Shown in pieces: positions 18,550 to 27,491 of a DNA stretch of 64,000 nucleotides. A program made the position numbers and the translations under genes. Position 1 is the stretch's first letter. The number at the start of each line of letters is the position of its first letter. The notes beneath the pieces were generated by a model, which did not search any database, was not told the origin of the DNA, and saw only the letters and a program-made list of their open reading frames with translations. Source of the stretch: a virus. Its lineage: Duplodnaviria; Caudoviricetes. Location: IMG/VR virus record IMGVR_UViG_3300033076_001470, positions 4,933 to 68,932 of that record, one strand, 5' to 3'.

Positions 18550-19266
18550 TTATTGTAAGATTGGTATTTCGTCGCCGATCTTGTCGGCCAGGTATGCGGC
18601 AATTGCCTTGATTGCGGTCAACTGCCACTCCGTTTCACCTGTTTCGTGTAAACAGAGTTGAGGCCCCTTTGCGGCTCGAAAAATAAACGGACTGGATGGT
18701 TGCTCAACTTCCGGGAAGGTTCGGTATGGAGCCAGCCATACTGGGTTCTTGAATTCCAACGAAGAATCCAGGGAAACACCGCTGCGGACTGCCAGCGCTT
18801 GGCTGACGCCGTCGTCGCTGGCCTTAAGAGACCCCTCTTCAGTGATGCTCCCCGCTACGCGAAGAAATTTCACGCGATTCTCGTTGTCTACAAACGCCGC
18901 CTGCACGCCAATCACAAAGCTTTCCTGATCCAGCGATTTGCCAAACGGAAAACCTTGTTCTCGAAATAGCGTAGCGTGTAAGAAGCAAGCGCGCTGGCGG
19001 TGCCGCCCTTGAACGTTACCCCAGACCTTAATGGATCTGGCGGATTCGACATGGACGTAAGAAATTTCAGCATCGGTAAACGTGTTGCAAAAAGTCGCAA
19101 CACCATTAAGCGTGTGAACCGTCAGTTTGTCGGGTATCGGTTCAGGCGGAGGCAGGGAAACCGGTCGAGAAGTGTAGTGTTCTCCCTCTATTGTGATTAT
19201 ACTCACCTCTGTCGAATCCTGAATCGCCTTCACTACGTCTGATGGAACTAAGTCTGACATTGGCAA
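18550..19266 (-). CDS. Conserved phage hypothetical protein
   Basis: LAPYRTFPEVEQPSSPFIFR motif, seen in a common phage gene pair with the upstream ORF. Confidence 0.75.
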   Translation of the reverse strand: MPMSDLVPSDVVKAIQDSTEVSIITIEGEHYTSRPVSLPPPEPIPDKLTVHTLNGVATFCNTFTDAEISYVHVESARSIKVWGNVQGRHRQRACFLHATLFREQGFPFGKSLDQESFVIGVQAAFVDNENRVKFLRVAGSITEEGSLKASDDGVSQALAVRSGVSLDSSLEFKNPVWLAPYRTFPEVEQPSSPFIFRAAKGPQLCLHETGETEWQLTAIKAIAAYLADKIGDEIPILQ

Positions 19267-19272
19267 TACTCC

Positions 19273-19569
19273 TTAGCTTTTCTCGAAACGAATGGATTCT
19301 TGTTGCGTAAACTCGGCGGCGGTCGCGCCGCTAAGGTTGACTTGCACGTCGCGCGGCTTCATTGCGGCCAGCTTTGCGCTGGTCTGAATTGAAACGATCG
19401 CGTCCGTTCGATCAACGGAGGGCTTCAGGCGCAATTTGATAACGACTTCGCGCACGGTTTCCGCTGCGGTGTTCGGGTCTTGAATATCTTCAATTGCTCG
19501 CTGAAGCTGATAGTCGGCGCGTTCAATCACTGCGCCGCCGTCTAGTGATGCGATACTGATTTTTTTCAC
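19273..19569 (-). CDS. Conserved phage protein (often annotated replication-terminator-like)
   Basis: AGGAG SD and GTG start; GGAVIERADYQLQRAIEDIQDPNT...VVIKLRLKP. Confidence 0.7.
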   Translation of the reverse strand: MKKISIASLDGGAVIERADYQLQRAIEDIQDPNTAAETVREVVIKLRLKPSVDRTDAIVSIQTSAKLAAMKPRDVQVNLSGATAAEFTQQESIRFEKS

Positions 19570-19674
19570 CTTTTGGGTCTCCTTTCTGAGAAAAGTTGAT
19601 GCCGGTCTTTCCCGGCTGTCCCTGCTTTCCCGACAAAATACGACCCGTCGCAAAGCACGCGAAAGCTCCGGTCA

Positions 19675-19759
19675 TTGCGCGTGCCGGAATCGAACCGACC
19701 AGAGTTTGCACCTCTGCAAGCTTATGAGACTTGCTAGCCCACCAGGGCTTGTCCGCGCA
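19675..19759 (-). tRNA. Atypical long-variable-arm tRNA, anticodon CAT
   Basis: TGCGCGG AC AAGCCC TGGT GGGCTA G CAAGT CTCATAA GCTTG C AGAG-GTGCAAA-CTCT G GTCGG TTCGATT CCGGC ACGCGCA A; no encoded CCA. Confidence 0.75.
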
Positions 19760-19984
19760 TATATTTTCAACAGGAGCAAGCGACCAACTTTTGCCGCTTG
19801 CTCCTCAGGTTTTCGCGCCCTCGCTTGTTTTCGCCGTCAACGAGTCACATCTCCGTGATCGCCAGCGACTACTCCCCGCGCTTCCTCGTGTGTAATAGGC
19901 GACACTTCACACTTGATTCCACAGCCTTCCCTTCTCGCTTGTCATTGCTATTTTGGGAACTGCAAGGCTGGTACTGCCGCCCGG

Positions 19985-20254
19985 TCAAGTTTCGGTGCGT
20001 CGCCAGGGATTGGCGACGCCTAAAAAGGCTCGCGCTCGTTCAATCAATCGCGCGTCCACTATGGTCATCGGAACGCTGTCGCTCGAAAGGACGTCGCACT
20101 CGTCCGAGCTGCGAATCAGGTCGAGTAGTAATTCGCGCGCGCTGTTGTAGTCGCACCTTAGCGTTTCCGCCTGCTGAATCCCGGCCTTCGCAGCGTCTGT
20201 CATGAGCTTAACCGTGTTATTTATTTTGGCGAGTTCTTCGCTAATCGTTGTCAT
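19985..20254 (-). CDS. Hypothetical protein
   Basis: 89 aa, abutting the ERF gene stop. Confidence 0.6.
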   Translation of the reverse strand: MTTISEELAKINNTVKLMTDAAKAGIQQAETLRCDYNSARELLLDLIRSSDECDVLSSDSVPMTIVDARLIERARAFLGVANPWRRTET

Positions 20255-20938
20255 CTACGCAGCCTTTCTCAGTAATTGAACGGCCAGTACGTGTTCACAC
20301 TTCTGCGCGGCGACAAATCGCCCGCATTCGCATCTATCGTTTTTTACACTGTAAAAAGCGTTGCCGTCGGCAATGCGGTGCCCGTCGCCGACCGCTTCGA
20401 CTCGGCCAGCCTTAATCAGATTGCTCGCCTTGGTCGTCAGGTGGCTTTCAATCTCGCTGACGTTGTTACCTTGCTGTGCTGGCCTTTGTCCTGTTGGCCT
20501 TTGTCCTGTTGGCCGCTGCGATTCCTCGCGATCTTTGCGTTCTCCCCCGTCTTCGTCGTCTTTGACGGGTACGCAAAAAGTCTGAATAAAAAAGGTCTTC
20601 AGTGCGTTGGTCATCGCCTTGGCTGTTGCCTTATCGCTGAAGTCGTTCGATTCACCAGCAACGACAGCCCTGATCGAAGAGCCATCTTCAGCAAACAAGG
20701 TGTAAGCCACAGTTACCGCAGCGTAGCAGGCCTCTTTGTCTTTGCCGCTGGGGCGCAGTCCGGTTTCGCAGTTCACAATCTCAGGAACCAGAACCAGCCC
20801 GTGCTGAACCAGCGCAGGCTTGAACGCGCCCAAAAAGGCGTCAAAGCTGCGGTACGAATACCCTTGTTGGTGTTTGGAGTTCTTTTCGATGGCGGGAAGG
20901 CTCGCCATCATTTCAGAGACTTTTTTGTAGATCAACAT
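20255..20938 (-). CDS. ERF-family ssDNA-annealing protein with C-terminal SWIM-like Zn finger
   Basis: IEKNSKHQQGYSYRSF...AGESNDFSDKATAKAMTNALK; C-terminal CECGRF...KCEHVLA. Confidence 0.85.
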   Translation of the reverse strand: MLIYKKVSEMMASLPAIEKNSKHQQGYSYRSFDAFLGAFKPALVQHGLVLVPEIVNCETGLRPSGKDKEACYAAVTVAYTLFAEDGSSIRAVVAGESNDFSDKATAKAMTNALKTFFIQTFCVPVKDDEDGGERKDREESQRPTGQRPTGQRPAQQGNNVSEIESHLTTKASNLIKAGRVEAVGDGHRIADGNAFYSVKNDRCECGRFVAAQKCEHVLAVQLLRKAA

Positions 20939-21411
20939 TTTGTGCCCCTTTCAAATGTCGCTGCCGAGCGACGCCCGGCGGATTGCCCGATTTTCTGCCA
21001 GTTGCAACAAAACCTGCCATTGGTGATGCAGCCAAACAGCCTGCCATAACAGCAAGCTCCATTGCTCCTGAACCTGTGAGGGAGTCATCGTTTTCAAAAG
21101 CCGCGTGCCTGTCCCAGTGAGTGCCAAGCGCGCGGCCAGCCTTAAAGTGCGTAAACGTAAGAAGTTCCGGCTGCCCTGTTGCGCGCCTTTCAGGTCGAAG
21201 CAGCCGCCCGGCCTGAAGGTTTGGTTTTGCTTGCCTGTTCCCAGCGGAACGCCTGTCGGCGTGGCTCCTCTTTCCTGAACAGTGGGGTGATTCTCTTTCT
21301 CTGCCGCAAGCAAAAAATCAATCTCGTTAAATCAAATATCTAAAATCTGTTTTCCGACGCCACAACGCGCGGCAGGTCAAGTCGCGCGTTGTGCTTTTCT
21401 GGCGTCGGTGG

Positions 21412-21678
21412 TTAATCGCCCTCACTGTGATTAACCAATGCGGCGGCTGGTTTTGGGGCCACCGCCGCGTCGCAGCCGGGCGACTGCGATAAAACATGCT
21501 CTTCAAGTAACCGTGTCAACTTGCCGTTCTGCCAGCGCAGCAGGTCACATTCCTGCATGCGTTCGTGATTGCGATGCTCAAGAAAGACCATTGTCAGTAC
21601 GCACCCAATCCCCATCCCGGCAATCACGCAAAACGTCGGATCAAGGCTAGCAATCAAAATCTGCAATAGTTCTTGCAT
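21412..21678 (-). CDS. Small membrane protein
   Basis: 88 aa with one TM segment (FCVIAGMGIGCVLTMVFL). Confidence 0.5.
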   Translation of the reverse strand: MQELLQILIASLDPTFCVIAGMGIGCVLTMVFLEHRNHERMQECDLLRWQNGKLTRLLEEHVLSQSPGCDAAVAPKPAAALVNHSEGD

Positions 21679-22019
21679 CAGGCAGTCACCCCCAATTGGC
21701 GAAGCAGGCCAGGATACCGAGCAAACTGCTGGCGCAGTCCGTGGTAAGGATTTTCTTCCTGCTGCGCTTCCAATGGTCTTTGCTCTTTGGCTGCGCGCTC
21801 AATCTCGGCTTTCAGTGACTCGACTTCGGCGCGCAAAAAATAGATGCTGCACCGCTTCCCTTCCTGAATCCGCGTCAGTTGTGGATAAAGCTTCCATTGA
21901 CCGTTGTCCGTTTTGGCGCGCAATAGCTTTTCGTTCTTGCGTAAGTAGTTGGCCGTCGCTTTCAGTCCGATCCAGTCGTCCGCTGGCAGTTCCGGTTGTG
22001 CTTTTTCGGCGACTGGCAT
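21678..22019 (-). CDS. HTH/excisionase-like DNA-binding protein
   Basis: WIGLKATANYLRKNEKLLR...IYFLRAEVE pattern; early leftward operon. Confidence 0.55.
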   Translation of the reverse strand: MPVAEKAQPELPADDWIGLKATANYLRKNEKLLRAKTDNGQWKLYPQLTRIQEGKRCSIYFLRAEVESLKAEIERAAKEQRPLEAQQEENPYHGLRQQFARYPGLLRQLGVTA

Positions 22020-22324
22020 AAACTCTCTTGGAAAGTCAGCGTGAAGGGAAACGCTTTTTGTCTCCCCTCACGCTCGGTGTCACAAACGCGCTTTCCCAAT
22101 CGCGATTGTGGTTTCAGTGTTCTGGTTTTGGCATCAGAACACTGTCGGCGATTCTGGCTCTTGCCAGGCGTCGAACTTGAAAAATAACTTTCTGGCAGGC
22201 TCAATCGGGGCACCATTCCTACTGAGCCTGCCTCCTTCCCCGCTCATACCGACGCAAGGAGAATCCAAAATCCTTTGTGTGTATGAGCAACCCATCCGTA
22301 AAACCCAAATTCCGATTCAATCTC

Positions 22325-22609
22325 TTATTCGGCGCTTTGCGCTTCGCAACGCGCAGCCATCAATCGGTCGCGCAATGCTGCAAAGACTTTGTTGGCAATT
22401 TCCGCGTCGTCTGTCTCGTAAATCGAAACTCCGCCTTCGTACACGCGAAACTTCGATCCAGTCTGGGCAATGCTGGCCATCAGGGTTTTCTTCCCTGCGC
22501 CCTTGCGAATCACCCCATAGCTTCGGACTGTTTTCGTCATCGCTGCCTCCAGGATTTTTTCAAAAAGCAGGAGCGAGACCGCCTCACCGCTCGCTCCTGT
22601 AGCTCTCAC
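22325..22609 (-). CDS. Hypothetical early protein (start uncertain)
   Basis: GGAGG SD before internal MTKTVRSYGVIR... Confidence 0.5.
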   Translation of the reverse strand: MRATGASGEAVSLLLFEKILEAAMTKTVRSYGVIRKGAGKKTLMASIAQTGSKFRVYEGGVSIYETDDAEIANKVFAALRDRLMAARCEAQSAE

Positions 22610-22653
22610 TCTTCTCGTCTCTCACTCTGTCGTCGTTTTCGGCGACGGGCGGA

Positions 22654-22694
22654 CTGTAATCTATTAGATTATGGCCTGTCAACTATCAGATTAC
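22654..22694 (-). promoter_or_regulatory. Leftward promoter with palindromic operator
   Basis: TTGACA-N18-TACAGT on the minus strand with TAATCTA-t-TAGATTA (22657-71) between them. Related AACTAWYAGATTAC sites lie at 22681 and 22961. Confidence 0.6.
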
Positions 22695-22925
22695 ACTCTC
22701 TGCAATTTTTTTTTGACTGACGACTTGATCTATCTGCACGCCATACAAAAGGCAAAGCTTAATAAAAACCAGCGCGGAGGGATTGCGAGACCCCTTCTCA
22801 ATCGCCCAAAGATGCGTGTAGGGAATATCTACCGCACGCGCGACTTCAGAAGGTGCACGATTGCCGCGAGCCTCTTTCAGCTTTGCAGGATCAATTTCAG
22901 TCTGTTGAATATCAGCAATCTCCAT
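22686..22925 (-). CDS. Cro-like XRE HTH regulator
   Basis: SEVARAVDIPYTHLWAIEKGSRNPS; divergent from the CI-like gene. Confidence 0.8.
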   Translation of the reverse strand: MEIADIQQTEIDPAKLKEARGNRAPSEVARAVDIPYTHLWAIEKGSRNPSALVFIKLCLLYGVQIDQVVSQKKIAESVI

Positions 22926-23022
22926 GTCTAAAACATTACCACGCCAAATCAGTCTTTATCAACTAATAGATTACAAAAATCATTCTCGGAGTTCAGGTTA
23001 CAGGAATAAACTCATAGTTGAT

Positions 23023-23424
23023 ATGAGCGAAACTTTTGGGAAAAAGCTTCAAGGATGGCGCGAAGCTGCCCGCATATCTCAGGCTGATTTAGCGCGAAAA
23101 CTTGAGGTTAGCCCTACTTATGTCAGCAATTTGGAAAGAGATTATTCGCCGACGGCTAAAGGTGGAAAACCGCGACCAAGCGTCAAAACGTGCGAAAAAA
23201 TTGCCCGCGTTTTAAGCGTTTCTGAATCTGAGGTGAAAGCCGCCGCTTTTGATATTCGCAAATCAAGCGAACCTTTGCAGGACGAAACCATTGAAGAAGT
23301 GCTCGCTCGCGCTCACTTCTTTCACGCAAAAGGCCTGTCCGATGCGGACATCGCCATCATTCGGCCTATTTTGGAGGCTCTCGACAAGCAGGTTGAAACG
23401 CTTTCTAAGGATTCACAGCAATGA
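23023..23424 (+). CDS. CI/ImmR-like XRE repressor
   Basis: TFGKKLQGWREAARISQADLARKLEVSPTYVSNLER; no S24 peptidase domain, consistent with ImmA-dependent cleavage. Confidence 0.85.
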   Translation: MSETFGKKLQGWREAARISQADLARKLEVSPTYVSNLERDYSPTAKGGKPRPSVKTCEKIARVLSVSESEVKAAAFDIRKSSEPLQDETIEEVLARAHFFHAKGLSDADIAIIRPILEALDKQVETLSKDSQQ

Positions 23425-23894
23425 AACTTACGACAACTGTTTGGATTGTTGTTCTTTCTCTGTTTTGGCAAGTCGCCGTCGTCAAAGAGGCTCGTGTTTA
23501 CGTTGTTGCCCGGCGTTCAACCGGCGGGCTTGATCTTGGCGCAGAAAAGAAACTCAAAGAAGAGATCGCCAAACAGAAAAACATCAAGCCTGTGCTCAGC
23601 GCTGCCGACGCGGACGTTGTGTTGCTGGTTTTGACAGAATACGAAACAGCCGACACTGCAATTGGCGGTGTGAGTGGAGGCAATGGCAGCTTAGTTGGAG
23701 TGTCAGAAACTTACCTAAAAACCGCTACGGCGCTTGCCTTGCCCTCAAGTGAGTGGGGCCAGCATAAAGACAATCTCGAAAAACTTCGAGAACGCGCCAC
23801 TTGGCAGGGCGGCGTTGTGGCAACAGCGCTGACGCGCGCGTCGCTGTCCAAGCTGGCTAAAAAATATATCGAAAGCCTTGGAAGTAAAAAGTAA
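23421..23894 (+). CDS. Secreted/membrane-anchored protein in immunity operon (superinfection-exclusion candidate)
   Basis: ATGA coupling to the repressor; N-terminal hydrophobic helix. Confidence 0.6.
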   Translation: MKLTTTVWIVVLSLFWQVAVVKEARVYVVARRSTGGLDLGAEKKLKEEIAKQKNIKPVLSAADADVVLLVLTEYETADTAIGGVSGGNGSLVGVSETYLKTATALALPSSEWGQHKDNLEKLRERATWQGGVVATALTRASLSKLAKKYIESLGSKK

Positions 23895-24263
23895 ACGATT
23901 TGAAAAGTTTGGCAGATCGCCAGGAAGGTAATTGCCCGTGCGAAAGGAAAAGCGTAGAGCGCCTAGACGCCTGTCGGCTACGTACGGCACGCTTTCCAAT
24001 CGCCAGAGACGCCCCAGAGCGCTGCGATTGCCTTCCTGACGACCTGGCGACCATACCATAAAAACCACACAAAACGACAGAACTTTGCCAATTCAATCTC
24101 GCGCCGCGCTTGCCACCCCGGCCTATCGGCAACGGCTTTGCCGACCGTGAAGCATCGGATTTTTCCGAGGAAAGCGCGGCGCGATTATCTCCTGTACGCT
24201 GCTTATCAAACAGCCATTGCGCCCCGTTGCCCCCGGTGTTCGGCTTGGTTGAGAGGTTAGTGT

Positions 24264-24695
24264 TTGCGAATTCACTTTCTTGAGCGTTCTGCGCCTCCTG
24301 AATGGAATTGCCGTGTTTTGACCGAAGACGATTTTTGGTTTTACTGCAACGCCTCTCGTGTGTTCGTGCATGAAGTTCCGCTCGAACGTTTGGGTGTCCA
24401 CTTCAGTCGGCCAAATCACGGCGTAATTTTTATCAGCAACCGGCTTTGCGGCGTCGAGCGTCAATTCGTTCTTTGGCACGAATTGGGACATCACCTGCTC
24501 CACCCGCCAGGCATTCAGTTTTTCCAGGGCTACGGCCAGCAAGTCGAACAAGAGGCTGACGCTTTTGCTGCTTGCGCCCTCGTTCCCCGGTCACTGTTAC
24601 AGCATTACTGGCCGTCAGAATTGACCGATCTTTACGGCTACCCCGCCGATCTGATCGAACTTCGGCAAAGCCTTTTTGACGTTTGGGGGCTGTGA
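24264..24695 (+). CDS. ImmA/IrrE-family metallopeptidase (anti-repressor)
   Basis: RQFVLWHELGHHLLH (HExxH) and EQEADAFAACALVP. Confidence 0.85.
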   Translation: MRIHFLERSAPPEWNCRVLTEDDFWFYCNASRVFVHEVPLERLGVHFSRPNHGVIFISNRLCGVERQFVLWHELGHHLLHPPGIQFFQGYGQQVEQEADAFAACALVPRSLLQHYWPSELTDLYGYPADLIELRQSLFDVWGL

Positions 24696-24858
24696 TGCTG
24701 TGGATAATTATTTCACAAAAGCGGCCATTGACTGCAAGTGTTCATTATCGAACACCAGCAATCAAAACTGATTGTTGGCTAAGTTGGTACTGAAAAGCGA
24801 ACCAGCAAACAAAGGCGGCTGGCCGCTCGACAAGAGGCTGTCAGGTTGTGCGGACTTG

Positions 24859-25113
24859 GTGAGCAATCTTGGTTTTAGTGAGCACGCTACAGAAAAGTCA
24901 GTGAGCAAATTGGCCGCTCACTGACTTTTCTAAGGCGCGCTCACTGCAAAAATGCGCTTGCTCACTAGGGAGCAAATCCGACTGCTCACTAGGGAGCAAA
25001 AGCCTGTAAGTCATTTAGAATCAATCAACCTGAAATTTGCTCACTAGGGAGCAAATTTGCTCACTAAGTTTTGCTCACCAACCGGCAAAACTGCTCACTA
25101 AAACCGTGCTCAC
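24859..25113. repeat. Array of 12 GCTCAC/GTGAGC sites, including three near-identical TGCTC-ACTAGG-GAGCA dyads
   Basis: GTGAGC at 24859, 24878, 24901; GCTCAC at 24916, 24939, 24960, 24984, 25039, 25059, 25073, 25093, 25108; 16-bp perfect inverted repeat 24891-906/24916-931. Confidence 0.85.
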
Positions 25114-25297
25114 TGGATTTTCCAGGGCGTCACGAACGGATCGCTGGCAGGATCAAAACGGCGCGGGAAAAGAGAGCGCAAAAAAGCGGGATTTCGGGCG
25201 TCCGAATTCCCGCAAAATCTGCGTCAGTTTTCCCGCTGCGCAATGGGATCGCGCCGTTTGAGCAAACGACCCGGCAGCAAAGATTAAAAATTCTAAT

Positions 25298-26530
25298 ATG
25301 GCAGTTAAAAGAATTCGCAACAGCGACGGCACGCTGGCATACGACGCCCAGGGGCAACCGGTGTGGGGAATTGATGTTCGGGTGTCTCAGGGTGAAGGGA
25401 AGCCGCGCCGCCGAATTCGCGCCAACGAGTTTCGATCACGCGAAGAAGCTGAACAAGCCGTTGTCACAATTCGCGCCAGTGAGCGAGCGTCCAAATACGG
25501 ACTGCCATCGCCAAAATCAAAACCAAAATTGCAGCAACTAATCGCCCAGCGACTGTTGACGATTACCGTGCGGAGCGAACGCACGCGGGCGCGCCGTGTG
25601 CTGTACACGTGGCTGCAATTGCTTGATCCGCTGATCTGTCTGGATGGTGATTTTCAGCCATCGGGCGGGTATTGCTCGGCGTTCAACGTCGAGAGCGTCA
25701 ACACACCAGAAATTCGCCAATACGTCGAGTTTCGACAGGCTGGCGGACAATCGGCGGCATCAGTGGACAGGGAACTGAACATTATCAGCGCAACGCTCAA
25801 CTCTGCCAAAGATTTTTACCCGGAGCTTCGCCTGTGGCTTGTGCCCAAAATTCCACGTCCCAAGGTTCCCAAAACCCGGCGAGAGCGAATCATTGCCGAC
25901 GCTGAGTATCGAGCAATTCTGAGTTATTTGCAGCGCGACCGGGCTTCCAGTGAAAGCCATTCCGAATACCAAATCAGGATTCGCGCGGCCCATCTATTGC
26001 GCTTTGCGTTGCAAACCGGAATGCGCCCCAAAGAGATTTTTCAGCTTCGCTGGGAAGATGTGGACTTCGATCAACAGCGGATTCGAGTGCGAGGAACCAA
26101 GACGGAAAACCGTGGCAACTCTACGCGCTACGTGCCGTTGACTTCGCACGCAGCAGAAATTGTCGCAGCCAGGCGCGCTGTCGGGGAAAGCATGGAGTTT
26201 GTGTTTTCAATCAGCGGCAGTCCCCGGTATACCGATTACGACAGGCTCAGGGAAGCGTGCGAAGCGTCTGGGATTCCGTATGGGCGCAGCGTTGAAAATG
26301 GCTTTGAGCTGTATTGCGCGCGCCACACGTTTACGACCAAACTGTTATTGGCTGGAGCGACGCTATCTGAAACGGGAGCGGTGACGGGACACAGCGACAG
26401 GGAACTGATCTTGTACTATTCGCACGTCACTCCGGAGGGAACAGAGCGAACTCGCGAAAAGCTGGAACAGATCGAAACCGTGCGACTGACTTCTCCGAGT
26501 GTCCAAATCGTGCCCACAGTTGAAATTTAA
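25298..26530 (+). CDS. int: Tyrosine integrase
   Basis: TGMRPKEIFQLRWEDVDF, YCARHTF, TGHS...LYYSH; N-terminal arm-binding domain. Confidence 0.92.
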   Translation: MAVKRIRNSDGTLAYDAQGQPVWGIDVRVSQGEGKPRRRIRANEFRSREEAEQAVVTIRASERASKYGLPSPKSKPKLQQLIAQRLLTITVRSERTRARRVLYTWLQLLDPLICLDGDFQPSGGYCSAFNVESVNTPEIRQYVEFRQAGGQSAASVDRELNIISATLNSAKDFYPELRLWLVPKIPRPKVPKTRRERIIADAEYRAILSYLQRDRASSESHSEYQIRIRAAHLLRFALQTGMRPKEIFQLRWEDVDFDQQRIRVRGTKTENRGNSTRYVPLTSHAAEIVAARRAVGESMEFVFSISGSPRYTDYDRLREACEASGIPYGRSVENGFELYCARHTFTTKLLLAGATLSETGAVTGHSDRELILYYSHVTPEGTERTREKLEQIETVRLTSPSVQIVPTVEI

Positions 26531-26710
26531 GTCCGCAAAATCCGATTTAGGACAAGCAAAACACCCGCATAAACGCAATAAAACCAACAATCCAAACTTT
26601 TTTTTGAAAAACTTGCTGCCCCCCTTCGGCATTCTTTAGCCTAACAAGCGATTGATAACAAAAGAGTTGTCAGTCGCTTTTCTCTTTTTTGTCCAAACTC
26701 CGTCCAAGTT
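26501..26710. other. attP-like region (arm repeats, IHF site, tRNA-3'-like core)
   Basis: GTCCAA-type repeats at 26501, 26590 (variant), 26691 and 26702; exact IHF consensus on the minus strand at 26645-57; CCCCCCTTCGGCA (26619-31) resembles a tRNA-Leu 3' end. Confidence 0.55.
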
Positions 26711-26798
26711 TCCCCTCTTGACAGCCGGTTTCTGACTGGCGTATAAGCCGCTCGTCACAAACACTTTCCCAATCGCCTTCACTCGTGAGGGCTTCTCA

Positions 26799-27113
26799 GT
26801 GAAATCATCAAAACTGCCTTTGCTGTTGTCGGCTATGGCTCTGGTTTTGAGCCTTGGCGCAATCACGCCGCATATTTCCAGTATTCCCAAATTACAAATA
26901 CCTGCTTGGGCTTCCACGTCTCAGGCTCAGGCCGCTCTGACTGAAGTACGGTTGGCCGACGGGCGTAAGATCGGGACAGCCGCAAAAGATGGCGACATGT
27001 GGATATTTACGCACACAAGCGGAAAAAAGCTTGCCGTGCCAGACAAAGACGTAACTGTTGCCGGAGACCATCTGGTTATCGTGTCAATGCAAAACAGCAA
27101 GGAGGTGAAATGA
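26799..27113 (+). CDS. Small secreted protein
   Basis: Signal-like N-terminus MKSSKLPLLLSAMALVLSLGA. Confidence 0.6.
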   Translation: MKSSKLPLLLSAMALVLSLGAITPHISSIPKLQIPAWASTSQAQAALTEVRLADGRKIGTAAKDGDMWIFTHTSGKKLAVPDKDVTVAGDHLVIVSMQNSKEVK

Positions 27114-27400
27114 AGCGACTTTTTGTTGTTTTTTTGCTGTTGCTTCCGCTGTCAGCATGCACCGACGAGGAAAAGCAGGCTGCCGCCACGGCTGGGTCAG
27201 TTCAGGACTCGACAGTAACAAAGGGAAAGCGAGAGGCGGACAGGGAGCGCAATCTCTACGAAGAGCAGGTTGTTAAGCCAACGCCGACGCCGACGCCTGT
27301 TGTAATGCGCGACGTTTATTTGGTTTCACTTCCGGCTGCTGAGTATATGGCGGAGGGCGAACCTAAGCTGCCCAAGCGCCCAGGCGCAAGCGGGAGGTAG
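27110..27400 (+). CDS. Small lipoprotein
   Basis: AAGGAGG SD; MKRLFVVFLLLLPLSA-C lipobox. Confidence 0.7.
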   Translation: MKRLFVVFLLLLPLSACTDEEKQAAATAGSVQDSTVTKGKREADRERNLYEEQVVKPTPTPTPVVMRDVYLVSLPAAEYMAEGEPKLPKRPGASGR

Positions 27401-27491
27401 GACATGTATAAATCACTGATTATAGGGGTTGCCGCAGTTTGCGCTTACGTGCTTTACCGGGCTGCAAAGCGGATTTGGAGGATTAGCAGCA

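Noticed and set aside
19675-19759. tRNA as a strict 8/4 or 9/3 allo-tRNA
   Set aside because: By hand it folds best as 7/5 with a G7-A66 mismatch. Longer acceptor registers need mismatches or bulges.
20481-20514. 15-bp tandem repeat in the ERF gene
   Set aside because: An in-frame duplication encoding the QRPTG linker; not a phase-variation or regulatory signal.
20951-21313. 120-aa ORF or structured RNA between ERF and 21412
   Set aside because: Only the last 45 codons look protein-like and the stems are short, so support was too weak to call either.
24123-24551. 142-aa minus-strand ORF
   Set aside because: Antisense to the well-supported ImmA gene.
24859-25113. GCTCAC array as a CRISPR or mini-array
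   Set aside because: Repeats are 6-18 bp, in mixed orientation and irregularly spaced, with no spacer-length unique sequences and no cas genes.
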